Positions 14,601 through 25,808 of a stretch of DNA of 64,000 bases are shown in pieces (position 1 is the stretch's first letter; each line of letters starts with the position of its first letter). The notes beneath the pieces are model-generated. The model was not told where the DNA came from, ran no database searches, and was given only the letters and a program-made list of their open reading frames with translations. Source of the stretch: Lama glama (Eukaryota). Location: NCBI GenBank assembly GCA_028534125.1, contig CM052816.1:73472001-73536000 (forward strand). The letters are read 5' to 3'. Position numbers and translations under genes: made by a program.

Positions 14601-14950
14601 GTAAAACTTACAGAAGCGTGGGAGTACTCCTGTGACTGGGTCCCCACAGAGTTTTTAACTCTCATAGTTATCTACATTGAGCATCCAACAATTTGTCAAC
14701 TACAATTTATATTTTTCTACCTGGCACTGGTTCCTGTGGAAATCTCTGCTTAAGGATTTCTGCTCTCATAAATGGTGATTCTCTATATCTGCCTATCTGT
14801 CTCTTCAATATTTGGGGTAGTAGTTTGACCTGTGACCTCACATCTCTAACAGATCTAAGAAAAATTGTTGATTTTTCAGTTTGTTCAGCTTTTTGCTTGT
14901 AGGATGGAGTGGTGACTTCTAAGATACTTACAAGCTAGACTGAAAACCTT
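8670..14950 (-). mobile_element. Long decayed L1MC-type LINE with both ends represented, interrupted by an LTR
   Basis: 3' end ttttttagagcagttttaggttcacag...gaaagtacagagagttcc. Minus-strand ORF scraps are ORF2p-like ([38 protein letters not shown]...HRIISVDAKKKFDEVQHPF). 5'-end-like text near 14860-14950. Confidence 0.85.
8740..9271 (-). mobile_element. Solo LTR (ERVL-type) inserted in the L1MC 3' UTR
   Basis: Termini TGTTG...CAACA; 5-bp flanks gttcc (8735-8739) / attcc (9272-9276). L1 text resumes after it. Minus-strand AGTAAA near 8870; internal (TG)n 9201-9222. Confidence 0.75.
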
Positions 14951-14959
14951 CAATCTCAA

Positions 14960-17320
14960 TTAAGTTTCTTTTTATTCTTAATCTGAATATCCAGTTATTA
15001 CATCATTTGTTAAACATATTTTCCTTTACTACTGAATTGCTTAGGTAACTTTGTTGAAAATCAAAATCACCATACAAGTATGGATCTATTACTGAGATTT
15101 CTATCCTGTTCCATTATCAATCTTTTTGTTTGTCCCATGCTGTCCTGATTATGCAGAATTATACTAAGTCTATAAATTATCCAACTTTGTTCTTCTTGAA
15201 GAGTGCTGTAAATATTTTAGATTTTTTGCATTGCTATATACACTTTAGAACCATTTTCAGACTTTTACAAGTAAGTTTGCTAAGATTATGGTTGGGATTG
15301 CATTGAATCTATACATCAATTTTGGCAGAATTAACATCTTAAAAATACTGCGTCTTTCTATTCATGACATAGTATGTCTCTGTCTTATATAGGTCTTCTT
15401 AATTTCTCTCAGGAACATTTTGTTTTCAGTGCTGAGATCTCATACATTTACCATTTAATGCATCCTTGAGTACTATATTTACTGTGAAATGATTACAAAT
15501 GGAATTATTTTAATACTTTATTTTCCAATTGTTTACTGCTAGTTTGTAAAAGTACAACAGGTTTTTTCTTATTAGTCTTGTATCATTGTCAAATTTAGTT
15601 ATTATTTCTGTTTGTTTTTTTTTTCATAGCTCCTTTAGGATATTCTGTTAACAATTATATCACCTGTGAATTATTTCTTCCTTTTTGATCTTTATATCTT
15701 AAAATTTTATTTCTTGTCTCATTCCAGTGACTAGGACTTCCAAGCAATGTTGACTAGAAGTGTTGAATGTGGGTATTTTTACCTTGTTTCCAATATTTGG
15801 GAGAAAATATTTGATATTTTACCAATTGTATGATATTAGCTGTATATTTTTACATGTGTCCTTTATCAAATTAAGGAAATTCTCTTTTAATCCTAGTTTT
15901 CTGGGAATGTTTATCATGTGTGGTTACTGAATTTTCTCAAATGCTTTCTCTGCATTTATTGAAATGATCACATTATTTTTCTCCTTTATGTTGTTAAAAA
16001 AGTTAATAAAATACTTATTTTTAAAGTTAAAGTATAAATTCTGCTTAGTCAAGATTAATATGCTTTTTATGCTAACATTTTATTTGTTATTTTTGTGTCT
16101 ATATTCCCAAGGGATATTGGTCTTTATTTTCCTTTTTTTGCCATGCTTTAGTCAGACCTTCTATTAGTCTCATATAATTTGGGAAGATCCTGTCCTCTTT
16201 TTCATAAAATATTTACTGTAATATTGGGTTATTCATTAATATTTCTTAGAATCCATCACTGAAATCATCTGGGCCTGTATTTTACTTTGCGGTAAAGTTT
16301 CCTATAATAATTTTATTTACTTGAGAGCTAGGGCTATTGTTTGTATGGGGTTGGGAGTCACTGAGCTTCTGTGAATCTATAAATTTGTGTCTTTCACAAT
16401 TTCAGCCACTATTTCCCACTCCTTCTTCTCCTCCTCCTCCTCCACCTCTACCTCCCTCTTCTTTCTGCCACATTTTCTTCTTTCTCTCCTTTGGGATATC
16501 AATTACAAATATATTAGAACTTATAATACACTGTAAGTCCCAGAGTCTCCTTTTATGTTTTTAATTTTTTTTCTCTCCATTATTTAGAGAATTGCCCTTG
16601 ACCTGGTTCAGCCTCATTGATTATTTTCCTTAAAATCTCCATTCTATTATTAAGTGACATTTTTATTGAGGATAATGCATTTTCAGCTCCAGAATTTCTA
16701 TTTGTTTTTTTTCTTTTGAATGTTTTTCATCTCTCTGCTTTGATTTCTTATCTTTTTAGTCATTGTGAACATATTTTTCTTTAGTCTTAATTTACCTCAC
16801 TGAGTACAACTCCTTAAAGAATTCCTCTGATAATTTCAACACTTGGGTCATCTTGGCATTGCTAACTGCTGATTGTTCTTTCTCTTGAGAAATTGTCACA
16901 TTTTCCTGATTCTTCAAATGTTGAGTGATTTGGGGTTACATATTGGACACTGGGAATGATATTCTGCAGATTCTGTTATATTCCTCTGACTGAGTAATTT
17001 GATTGGATTCAAAGTACAAATTCTTCAGTAGCTCAAGTCTCAGCTCAGCTATTTCATCTTTAGCCACCATCTGTTCCACACAAGCATATTTCAGTGGTTA
17101 GCCAGATAGTTATGTAGAGCTTACACAGAGAATTTGGGACTACCATTCTCTGGCTCTCCGCTTTCCAGAATTGTGCCTCACTTTCCAATGGTTAAGGTCA
17201 TTACTCTGTATTTTGGTGTTTCAGACCGGAAAGCCTGTGGTTTTCCATCAAATTTTCAGTCATCCCAGACGGCTGCTCACTGTGGTCTACTCCACCCTTC
17301 ATAGACACAAATTGCCATTG
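14960..17320 (-). mobile_element. Old L1 (L1ME/M5-like), right piece, ORF2 then 5'-ward remnants
   Basis: gaatatccagttatt...catttgttaaac...actgaattgc...ctttgttgaaaatcaa; gggattgcattgaatctatacatcaattttggcagaattaacatctt. Confidence 0.7.
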
Positions 17321-17364
17321 TTTCAGGGACCACATCTACATATGACGATGGCTGGCATAAGAAA

Positions 17365-17601
17365 AAAGGCATCCCTTTTTATTTATCAGTAAGGTTGCCA
17401 GAAGTCTTGCCGTACGCCAGAACTACGTCACATGCCATCCTAAAACCAATCACCAGCAAACACAATAGTACATTATGATAGATTCAGTGAGTTATAGGGC
17501 CCTCAGGAGGAGGGAGAATTCATCAAACAAATTAGCAAATATGCCACAAAGAGGAAAGCCGGCAATATTTATCAGATAGGCAGCCAATAGTGTCTGCTAC
17601 A
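17365..17601. mobile_element. MLT1-type LTR fragment
   Basis: gccagaactacgtcacatgcc...ccaatcac...gataggcagccaatagtgtctgctaca terminus. Confidence 0.55.
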
Positions 17602-18609
17602 TAAATGCATTGCAAAATACCAGAAGACAAATTTTCACATAGACTGACATAGCAATAATGGGCTCCAGAATTGTGCAATGTGGTCCTTAAAATTAATTAG
17701 TAGATAATTTTATGAAAATAGGATTGGGAAATTCATAAAGTAAAAATCAGTTTTACTTCCATCTAACTGAAGAACCACTTATATGGGACATAAGCATTAG
17801 TTAAGAATTCAAGGCATGGGCCCCCTGAGCATGGATATATAGGAATAGGGAGAGCATTCTAAAGGTGAAATATATAGAATAGTATGAAGTCATATCGAGA
17901 TAATATATGGATAAAGAGAAATCATTAGACTAAGGTATTCTAAAAAGTCTATGTTGTTTTCTCCAAAAACAAAAACAAAGCAAAAAAGCATATTAAAAAC
18001 AAGAAAGGTGATGATAAAAGCAAACTTCTCTATTTAAAGAAGTACCCTGGAGGAGACATGACCAAAATATGCAGTGATGAAGCCCAGTTAGTTCAAGAGT
18101 AAGACCGATAGTAAAACTTAAGTTATCTTTCCACAAATGAAAGGGAAGACCAGAGATTATTTTCTTGGGATAAATTCCCAGAAATCACCTGATGAAAGAT
18201 TATATCATTTTTCTGCCCATTCATGTAGTTTTTTGACAGTTTCTTGTCAATTAAGTCATATTGGCTGGGAAGTTTCAACTGCAGATTATTTCAGGGTCAC
18301 TGACAACTCTAAAATATTACAAATACAGATAAATAAGCAAACAGAATAGTTTCATCCCATCAGAGTTACCTATGGTTTCTCCTGATTTCTTATCTTTAAT
18401 CAAGCACCATGGACTTGACTTCCAAGCCCTTCCCATCCTAAGTACCTAGATTTATGCCAGAATTTTTTTATAGTAACTTGTGTAAGATTTTTAAAAAATC
18501 TATTCAGAGTTCCCCTTTATCCACATTTGTATTTATTCACTATATTTCTCACTCTACTACTTATTATCATTCTAAAAATAGCAATTTAACATTATGGTTG
18601 CTGCAAAAG

Positions 18610-19050
18610 ATGCATATAGTGAAAAGAACATTGGAAAGCGGGGCACCTTCTATAGGTTCTGTCACTACTTAGCTGGATAGTCTCGTGCAAGTAATTTTTT
18701 CTCTCTGGACCATAGGTGACTCATGTGCAACTGAAAGGAGGAAAAAATGAAAACAGAGTTTGGTATTAAATGAGAATTTCAGTTCTATCCTTCCATGATT
18801 CCATGAATAATTCAAGAGACAAGATCAGATTTTCAATGTTAAATGCTATTCGTTTCTACTAATGCCATAATGTAGTAGTGGTAAAATGCATCCTTTATTA
18901 TTCTGGGTCTCACACATTAGAGAATTTCAGAGCCAAAGGGTATTGATTGCTTTGCTTCATATTTGTCCTAGGCCTCAAAATAATTAGGTCAGAGCCAGAA
19001 ATATCATCTAGATTTTCTAACTTCCAGGTCTAGTGCTCTTCCCTCTTTTC
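18610..19050. mobile_element. MIR SINE fragments
   Basis: atagtgaaaagaacattgga...tctgtcactacttagctgg...gcaagtaa (+) and ctaacttccaggtctagtgctctt (-). Confidence 0.5.
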
Positions 19051-21719
19051 CTATTCATGTGCAAACGTAGTAATTATAATGATTACACCTATAAATATAA
19101 TAATACACAAAGGTCTGACAAATATGGTGAATTATTCTTTCCTTTTACATGAATACTGTAGAAGATACTATTAGTGGAGATCATTAAAATACAGGTTAGC
19201 AAGCATTTGTCATTCCACAACTAACTTGTATCTGCACTGGCTTAGGCAGTCTCCAGCAATTTGAAAGTGAAGGCTGAGAATTTGCATATTTTCCTGTAAG
19301 AGGCAGTTTCAGGAAATATACCTCTGTCAGAAAATAAACCCAAAATAATATTCAGCAGCACACAGCATCCACAACATCTGCTGAGGCAAAGACTTGAGTT
19401 TTAATATATTGTTCAACTTAAAACACATTACTTTCCCATTCTATAAATTTTATACACTTTTCAAATAAAGAGTCATTCAGAATGGACTGGTAACAGACTC
19501 TCTCCCTCTTAAACAAAAGCGTGTTACTTTCGCTGACTTCAATAATATCCACACAGTAGTGCTGAGCGTAAAATAGGACAAGAAAATAGTGATGATTTAT
19601 GTAAAGGATCTTAAAAGTTAAGATGGTGTTGCTTTTAGAAAATGTGCCTCAGAGAAGCAACCACTCAATCCTGCCATCTTCCAACCTAAGCATCCAGCCC
19701 ACCCGAAGGAACCTCACACACCCTTAGAATGGCCTCGCCCACTTCTCTCCACCAAAGAGGAAAGTCCCCAGGGCTCAGGATCTTAGTCTTGCAGCTGCTT
19801 TGATGGAAGGCAAGGATCTGGATCAGAGCTCCCTGCATCTGTGTGCCAGCAGAGTAGCTGGGCTCTCTCTCACCCCCCTTCATTGGGTCCTTATGTAAGG
19901 AACAACCTGTGTGACAAAATATTTCACCTTCCCCTCATCCTTTCTTAATAGCCATTTACTTCCAGCTTCTCTCCTTCCTGATGGAAGTTGGGGGTTACAG
20001 AGTTTTCTCTTCCCCATCAAACCAACATAATGTCAGGCACAATTTTTCAATTTTCCCTGAGAGTCACTCAGTGGAGTGGCTTTGGAAAACTGACTTGGTA
20101 ATAAAGACAATTCAAACAAGAAAAAAAGGATTCTCTCCAAGTGACAGAAGCAAATATTTTTAAGACAAAAAAAAAAAAAGATGTAAATGAAACTGGCTCC
20201 CAAAACTTTATACAACAATTAATTTCTTCCTAAAACATTTATCTGCTGTCATGTGGATGCAGCCTTGTGTATTTTCAGTAGGCCTAAAAGGGTAGTGTTT
20301 ATCAATAAAACGTTCCTAAGTACCAAAACTAATTATACTTTATATTGCTAAATCTGGAAGTTGCTTTATTTTTGTAAAAAATCTGAGGTTTCTATCTTTA
20401 CCAAATATGTGGCTTCCTTGCTGTCTGTATTTCATTTCCCTTGCTTATTTACCAAAAGATAAACTAGTCACTTTTTCCCCCTGGCTTTGCTTAGTTATAA
20501 TTTTTTCTTAACCTCACAGACAATTTAGTTTTGGATTTTGATAATGCGAGATCTTGCCCTTAGGTTTTCTATTTGTTCTAATTTAAAATTTTACTTAATT
20601 TAAAAGTACATTAACAAAAATTCAACTGACGAACTCAAAATACAAAAATGAAGTTGAAAATCGCAGCAGAGTTTGTTACCTAAATTCTAACTCTTAAACA
20701 ATTAGTAAATAGGGATTTTTCCCCTCATGGCCGTCTTTGTTCTCTGACATGATTTGGCATCATGCGTCAGGTCTTTAGTGGTCAGACTGGGGTCTTGTGT
20801 TAAGAATCCTCACCAAAGGACGTTCTGAATGCTCACTGGGAATGTCCTCAAGTAGCTTGAAAGATTTTTTTCTCCACTAATTATGTAGAACCTACGTGTA
20901 GCCATGCAGCTTTAGGTTTCTAAGCAAAATAACCGAATTATTTTTTGTCTTGGCACAAAACTAGCTGAAGAGTCAGGTCTTTGACCCAAGGGAAAGAAGG
21001 AGAGGGGTAACCTGACACACAACGCACAGCCCACACGTTAAGGGGAAAGACTCTCTTTAATCTTACTGAGGCAGTATCAAAAATCAAGCAGAAGAGGCAG
21101 CTGTGCAGAAAAAAAGTCTGCATTTAGAAAAGGAATAGAGACGCAGAAGACATGCTTTCATTTGAGCCTACATTCAGAACCCTGAACTTTCTGAAAGAAA
21201 TTATAAAATCAGGAAGCTAAAGGAGAAAAATACAAAATGACATTGTTGCAAACCAGCACTGTCCTTACCCCTGAGATCCTCACAACAGATGTCCCTAAGC
21301 TTTGCCAACTGTCACTTCTGAGTACTCACTCTTCTCTACTCAAAGTACCCACCACTTTTCTATTCACAGGATTGTGTAGGAATCCTGTCACTTGTGCAGG
21401 CTACTCCCCCTTCCTGGACTTCAACGTGTACATCTAAGGTCAATGCTCTTACTTCCTCCTCTGTCCTGATCATTGATGACGAAGAACTCACGTGTCTATT
21501 CTTATAACTCTTACCTTTCTTTAAGCACTCAAACATTCATAGTTGTCTTCCAGTTGCAACAGACTCCTTTCTCTGTTTTATGAAGTAATTCTTTTATAGG
21601 GTTATTTCTGCTCATCTAGAAGCTGACCTCTAAAACAGACAGAATCCAGCACTAATTCATGTAAATAATGATAATCTGTTATAGGTAAATATTGAATCAG
21701 GGCAAAAGTTGTTTATGTA

Positions 21720-22046
21720 TGTGGAGGAAGGTGGTCAAAAGGTAGAAACTTCCCGCTACAAGATAAATAATCCATAGGGGTGTAGTGTATAACACGACGG
21801 CTGTAGCTAAAAACGCTGTGTAATACACAGCAAAGTTATTAAGGGAGTAGATCCTAAGGGATCTCATCCCGAGGAGAAATATTATTCTTCTTTCCTTTTT
21901 ACTGTGTCTGTATGACACAACGGACGTTAACTAAGCCTGTTGTGGTAATCATTTCGCAATATATGTCAATCAAACCATCATGCTGTAAGCCCTAAATTTA
22001 TACTGTGATGCATCTCAATTATTTCTCAATAAAACTGGAAAAAAAG
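21720..22046 (+). mobile_element. 5'-truncated L1 3' UTR (L1MA/L1_Art-like)
   Basis: gtggtcaaaaggtagaaacttcc...tgtggtaatcatttcgcaatatat...tcaattatttctcaataaaactggaaaaaaa. Confidence 0.85.
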
Positions 22047-22213
22047 AGAATATACTGAAAATGAGCCACTTTAACTCTTGGGCATTTTCCTGACACATGC
22101 TTTGGAGTTAAAAAAATTTTTTTCAATCAATTGCAAATGATCCCACAGGCTTTAATTTTCAATAACTCCAAACAAGCCTAGATATCTAATAAGAAATGCT
22201 TTAAGGTGTAGGG

Positions 22214-22253
22214 GTGTGTGTGTGCATGTGTGTGTGTGTGTGTGTGTGTGTGT
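22214..22253. repeat. (TG)n microsatellite, one interruption
   Basis: Directly visible. Confidence 0.95.
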
Positions 22254-24904
22254 AATGACAGAAATAGGGGAGAAGTAAGGTGATTTCCCACAATTAAGTT
22301 TCTAACTGCAGAAAACATGAAATTAAAATATTTCTCATATATATCTCCCTATTTTTAACCATGGCAAATGCAGGTAAAGCAGTACAAACCCTACCAGCTG
22401 TTAATAATAAATAATTTATTTTTAAAAATCCAGAAAATGTTGCTCTCTAGTGCTGAAAACTATGAAGAGCATAGCCTAATCCATGCACAAATGAGCATAA
22501 CTTTGATTAAAGATAAAATAATAATTCTTTCTCACAAGTTAGCCAAAGAAATACTTCTAAGTCCTTTCCCCTCAGCCTATAAAATTAAAATATATCAAAC
22601 CCAAATATCTAAACCTCCACTGCTAACTGAAATAGGAATATAAAAGCCAGAATGGCACAGACAAGAAGGAGCTCTTTTAGATTCTGGAGCAGAAATTAAA
22701 TTTTAAATGATGTATTTTGAACTGTTATTCTAAGAGCAGTCTCTTCATGCCTTAGCTTGCATTCAAGTGACTTATCAAGATGCTCTCCTAATTTTGGGAT
22801 CGCCTCATACGTTCTCACTCACAAAGACAAGCTCTTCTAAAGGCATCCAGTGTAATAAACCCTGAGAATTTTCCAAACAGCATGCTAAATGCCCTGGAGA
22901 TGCTGAAATATCCCTTTTCCGCCCTCCCTGTCCACAGTCTCAGCAGGGGCCACTGTTGTCCTTGCAAGTGTATTACATCCATTAGGTATCTGAAAGCTGA
23001 AATTCTTGTAATCTGCTCCTCTAGTGCATACATACGTACTGGCTCATTGCTGTCATCCTGGGCTGCTGGCTTCATCTTCCCAGGGCCTCATATCTTCTCG
23101 TCCTTTTTCCTTTTCTTTTCACCTGTAAAGTAAGGAACTAAGGAAATTAAAGTCTTTTCCAGCTATACAATTTCAAAACCTTATCATTGTTCAGAGTGAC
23201 AAGGTAAGAGGACAGAAGAGGAATCCTTGATCTGAGCTCCATAAATTCTAGGCTACACTGATTTCTGTAAGAAGTTATTCTTCTGTGAAATTTGTGGGAT
23301 TGTCTGGACAGTGATCAACCCACAAAATTATCTGTATATATTTCATCTTGGGAGTTTTGGTACTATACCAGTATCTGTGCTTGATTGTACTATTCAAGGC
23401 TGCCTACATCTCTGTCTTTAAAGAATTGTCTTCAGAGTAAAAACAAAGTAGGCCAGAAAATAATATTATTAATCTCCCTACTTCCTTCTACACTAAACTA
23501 TAAACAAAGGTCAGTATAACAAATTTACTCACAAAAAAAATTATTTTAAAGATTAGTAAAAATGTATATTTGGAAACATTTACATTTTGCATAGTGAACA
23601 GAAAAGAAAGTTAATTTTAATAGAGAGCTTTTACTACAGCTTTCCACAAATGTGTATCATTTATGAACACAATTTCTACTCTACTGAATTCCTTTTCTAA
23701 AGTTATTTATGTAAAAGTATGTTATTGAACTTTGCAATCTATTTAATTTTGGACTTCTAAATCATCCACTAAATCAAAAAACCTCTGCAATAATCAATCA
23801 AAACTCAGCACTAGATTCTATATTTCTTGAGGGCAAATGACATGTGTCATTATCTTTGTACAATGAGGGGAATACAGCACATCACGCAAGCGCTAGATGC
23901 TTCCCAATGCACTTTGTATAAAATTACACTCCCCTATGGAGTTCTGCATACATACAAAACCCCTACTATCATACACTCTTACTTACTACAGAAGATGCAT
24001 ACTGTAGTTGGTGTCCTGACTAAAACCCAGAATTTGCCCCAATTGATTCATGTGCAGAGACTTGACCAAAACTACTAGTTATAGAGGTGCAGGCAGGTGA
24101 AAATAACAAGCAAAGGATGATGCGAACCAACAGAGAGGCAATGTTACCACTCCTTGCACATTTAAGGGGCAAAGGAATGAAATACTACAGGAACTCCAGG
24201 GACGGCTGGAGCCCAGGAGGAGGGGTCATCTAGCAGGAAGGATGGAATTGGAGGGACCAAGCTACAGCCAGAAAAGTGACACTGAAACAAAAAGGAGGAG
24301 ATGAAAAAGAAATACCCAGAAGTTCTCAGATTTTCTAAAGATCCCATTCTCCCACTGACAAACTAACTGCAAGTCATCTGTCCAAGTGATGCTTGTGATG
24401 CACAGAGTTCAGCAGAGAAAAAAAAAATTATCAAGGAGGGAGAATGGGTATCAGGTCAAATTATATTTGATAATATGTATGTTTTAATGGGAGCAGATGG
24501 ATTAGGGAACTCTTACTGGGAAGTAATTAAAATAATAAGCTAGAAAGCATAAAAATATGCATCCAGGAATCTGAGAGCAGAAAGAAAAGAAAGCAAGTCA
24601 GGTTTACTTAGCAGAAAGGACACAGCCCAAATCCCCAGAACGCAGGAGAAATTGTGAGGGATTGTGCCAGGGCCATAAAGCAGCCAAAGATGGAGTTTTG
24701 ATCCTTTGTGAAGCCAGAGAATAGAAATCACAGTTTCCTTCAGTTCTTTCTGTAAGGAGTAGAACATCCAGAAAGGCATTTCAGAGGCTCTTCTTTCTCT
24801 TCCCAATTTCTCCATTTGCTCTCTGAGTCCTAAGATAATCCTGTTCTGTCCATAAATAATAAAAGGTCTCATATCATTCATTCATTCTCTTTACAAGGTT
24901 AATT

Positions 24905-25010
24905 GCTCTTATTGGTAAAATCCTGCACCAGGCACAATGCCCAGCTGCCACAGAATAGGTATCAATAAACATTAGTTGAATGAAAACCAATGAAGTGAAT
25001 GGATGAAGAT
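24905..25010 (+). mobile_element. L2 3' tail
   Basis: ggcacaatgccc...taggtatcaataaacattagttgaatgaa. Confidence 0.6.
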
Positions 25011-25766
25011 ACGAACACACTATAAATGTCTATTGTTGTAAGACACTGTAATTTTAAAAGAAAACACTATGACCTGCCAATTAATTCACAAACATAAATA
25101 ACTGAGATCAGATTGTTTAAAATTTCGATGTAGGCGACAGGACTAAGAAACCTAGAGAGCTTAGAGTGGAAGAAGGCACAGCTCTACAAAGGGACAGCTG
25201 AGAACACGGAAAACAAACAGGACTCTTCAGAGACTTCACAGCTTTGTCAAGGGAAGGTTCTGTTTACCATCAGTTGGGACGAGACAACAGCAGCTTTGTG
25301 GAAATATGTTTATTGTGTTTGGTGCCAAGATGCAGAGTTCAGCTTCCAGGAATTTTTGGTGATTTATTATATGATTTAAACATCCTTATTTAGAGTTTTT
25401 TTTTTTCCTTTTAAAAGATCCTTTTCACCATCGTGGCAATTCTTCCTTCTCAATAAGAGATCATTTTGAATTCTAGGAATAGAAACTTTATCTTCATTGC
25501 AAATTTTGCAAAAAAATTGTTAAAGCCAATACCTATGCTTTGAAATGTCACACTGCTTTATGGAAATGTAATGGTAGAATACAGAAAGCAGAATTAAATT
25601 ATAAACCTACTTTTCTAGATCAATTCATCAATATCCTGGAGGAAAACTTACAAATTCAGATTATATGTTTTTTAAAAATTCCCTGAATATTCTGGAAATT
25701 TGTGTATACAATGCTTTCTAACTGTGTTCATTTCACAGACTTTGATAAAATAGCCCCTTTTGCTAA

Positions 25767-25768
25767 AT

Positions 25769-25799
<31 letters not shown>

Positions 25800-25808
25800 G
25801 TTATTTAG
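25767..25808. repeat. (ATTT)n microsatellite
   Basis: Directly visible. Confidence 0.9.

Noticed and set aside
9582..14902. ORFs within the long L1
   Set aside because: Short frameshifted ORF2/ORF1 remnants or antisense frames; no intact retrotransposon.
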